From Octopus sinensis (Eukaryota), in NCBI RefSeq assembly GCF_006345805.1, contig NW_021829246.1, positions 1-6,870 on the forward strand: a DNA stretch of 6,870 bases, read 5' to 3'. Within the stretch, counting starts at the first letter, position 1; every line of letters begins with the position of its first letter. Made by a program: the position numbers and the translations under genes. The notes below the pieces were generated by a model. The model ran no database searches, was not told where the DNA came from, and saw only the letters and a program-made list of their open reading frames with translations. Shown here one piece after another: positions 6,641 to 6,870 of this stretch.

Positions 6641-6807
6641 ACTTTTTCTATTCCTGAGCGTTATACTAATACATCTGTTTGTTTTATACACCACCTGTCT
6701 TCATCTTAGGTTTTTTACGTAAACTCTCCCTATATATATCAGAATGGCATGATAGATCGTTAGCTCCTACACGCATTTTTTTCTCTCCTTGTTTCTTTTC
6801 TGTGTCC

Positions 6808-6843
6808 CTTTCTGTAGAAGAGCATAGGCTCGAAACGTAAAAG
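6808..6843 (+). ncRNA. Minimal hammerhead-like motif, variant core (CUGUAGA)
   Basis: CUUU-CUGUAGA-A-GAGC-AUAG-GCUC-GAA-AC-GUA-AAAG. Stem I 4 bp, stem II 4 bp, ACGU palindromic stem III and GUA triplet; the core A6 position is U. Confidence 0.6.
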
Positions 6844-6870
6844 ACTTTTTCTATACCTGAGCGTTATACT

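Larger units (their letters stand above)
6565..6870 (+). repeat. Tandem direct repeat (copy 1 ~6565-6730; copy 2 6746 to the window end), each with a hammerhead-like motif
   Basis: CTCTCCTTGTTTCTTT...GAAGAGCRTAGGCTCGAAACGTAAAAGACTTTTTCTATWCCTGAGCGTTATACT occurs twice, 203 bp apart. The copies are separated by a TA run. Confidence 0.93.

Overview
Eukaryotic, microsatellite-rich, non-coding DNA made almost entirely of nested retroposons and satellites. The repeat families look like those I recall from Octopus genomes; this is recognition from memory and needs BLAST confirmation. No credible protein-coding gene is present, and the listed ORFs are by-products of repeats. Contents: (A) a ~400-bp tRNA-headed SINE with a CORE-like motif (2 near-full copies in inverted orientation plus 3 fragments); (B) a (GAT)n-tailed element in 4 copies, whose interior carries tandem ~60-69-bp hairpin monomers expanded as a 62-bp minisatellite in one copy and a 129-bp dimeric higher-order repeat in another; (C) a second tRNA-headed SINE; and a 1.2-kb GGT-based minisatellite. 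The main result is a set of type-I hammerhead-ribozyme motifs of the minimal, Penelope-associated kind, in three unrelated sequence contexts: two with canonical cores (2294-2386 and 3094-3139, minus strand), one half-deleted (4117-4134) and two with non-canonical cores in a 203-bp tandem (6605-6640, 6808-6843). One hammerhead carrier appears to be a tRNA-headed (Pol III) SINE, which is revealed by removing a nested insertion flanked by a GACCT duplication.
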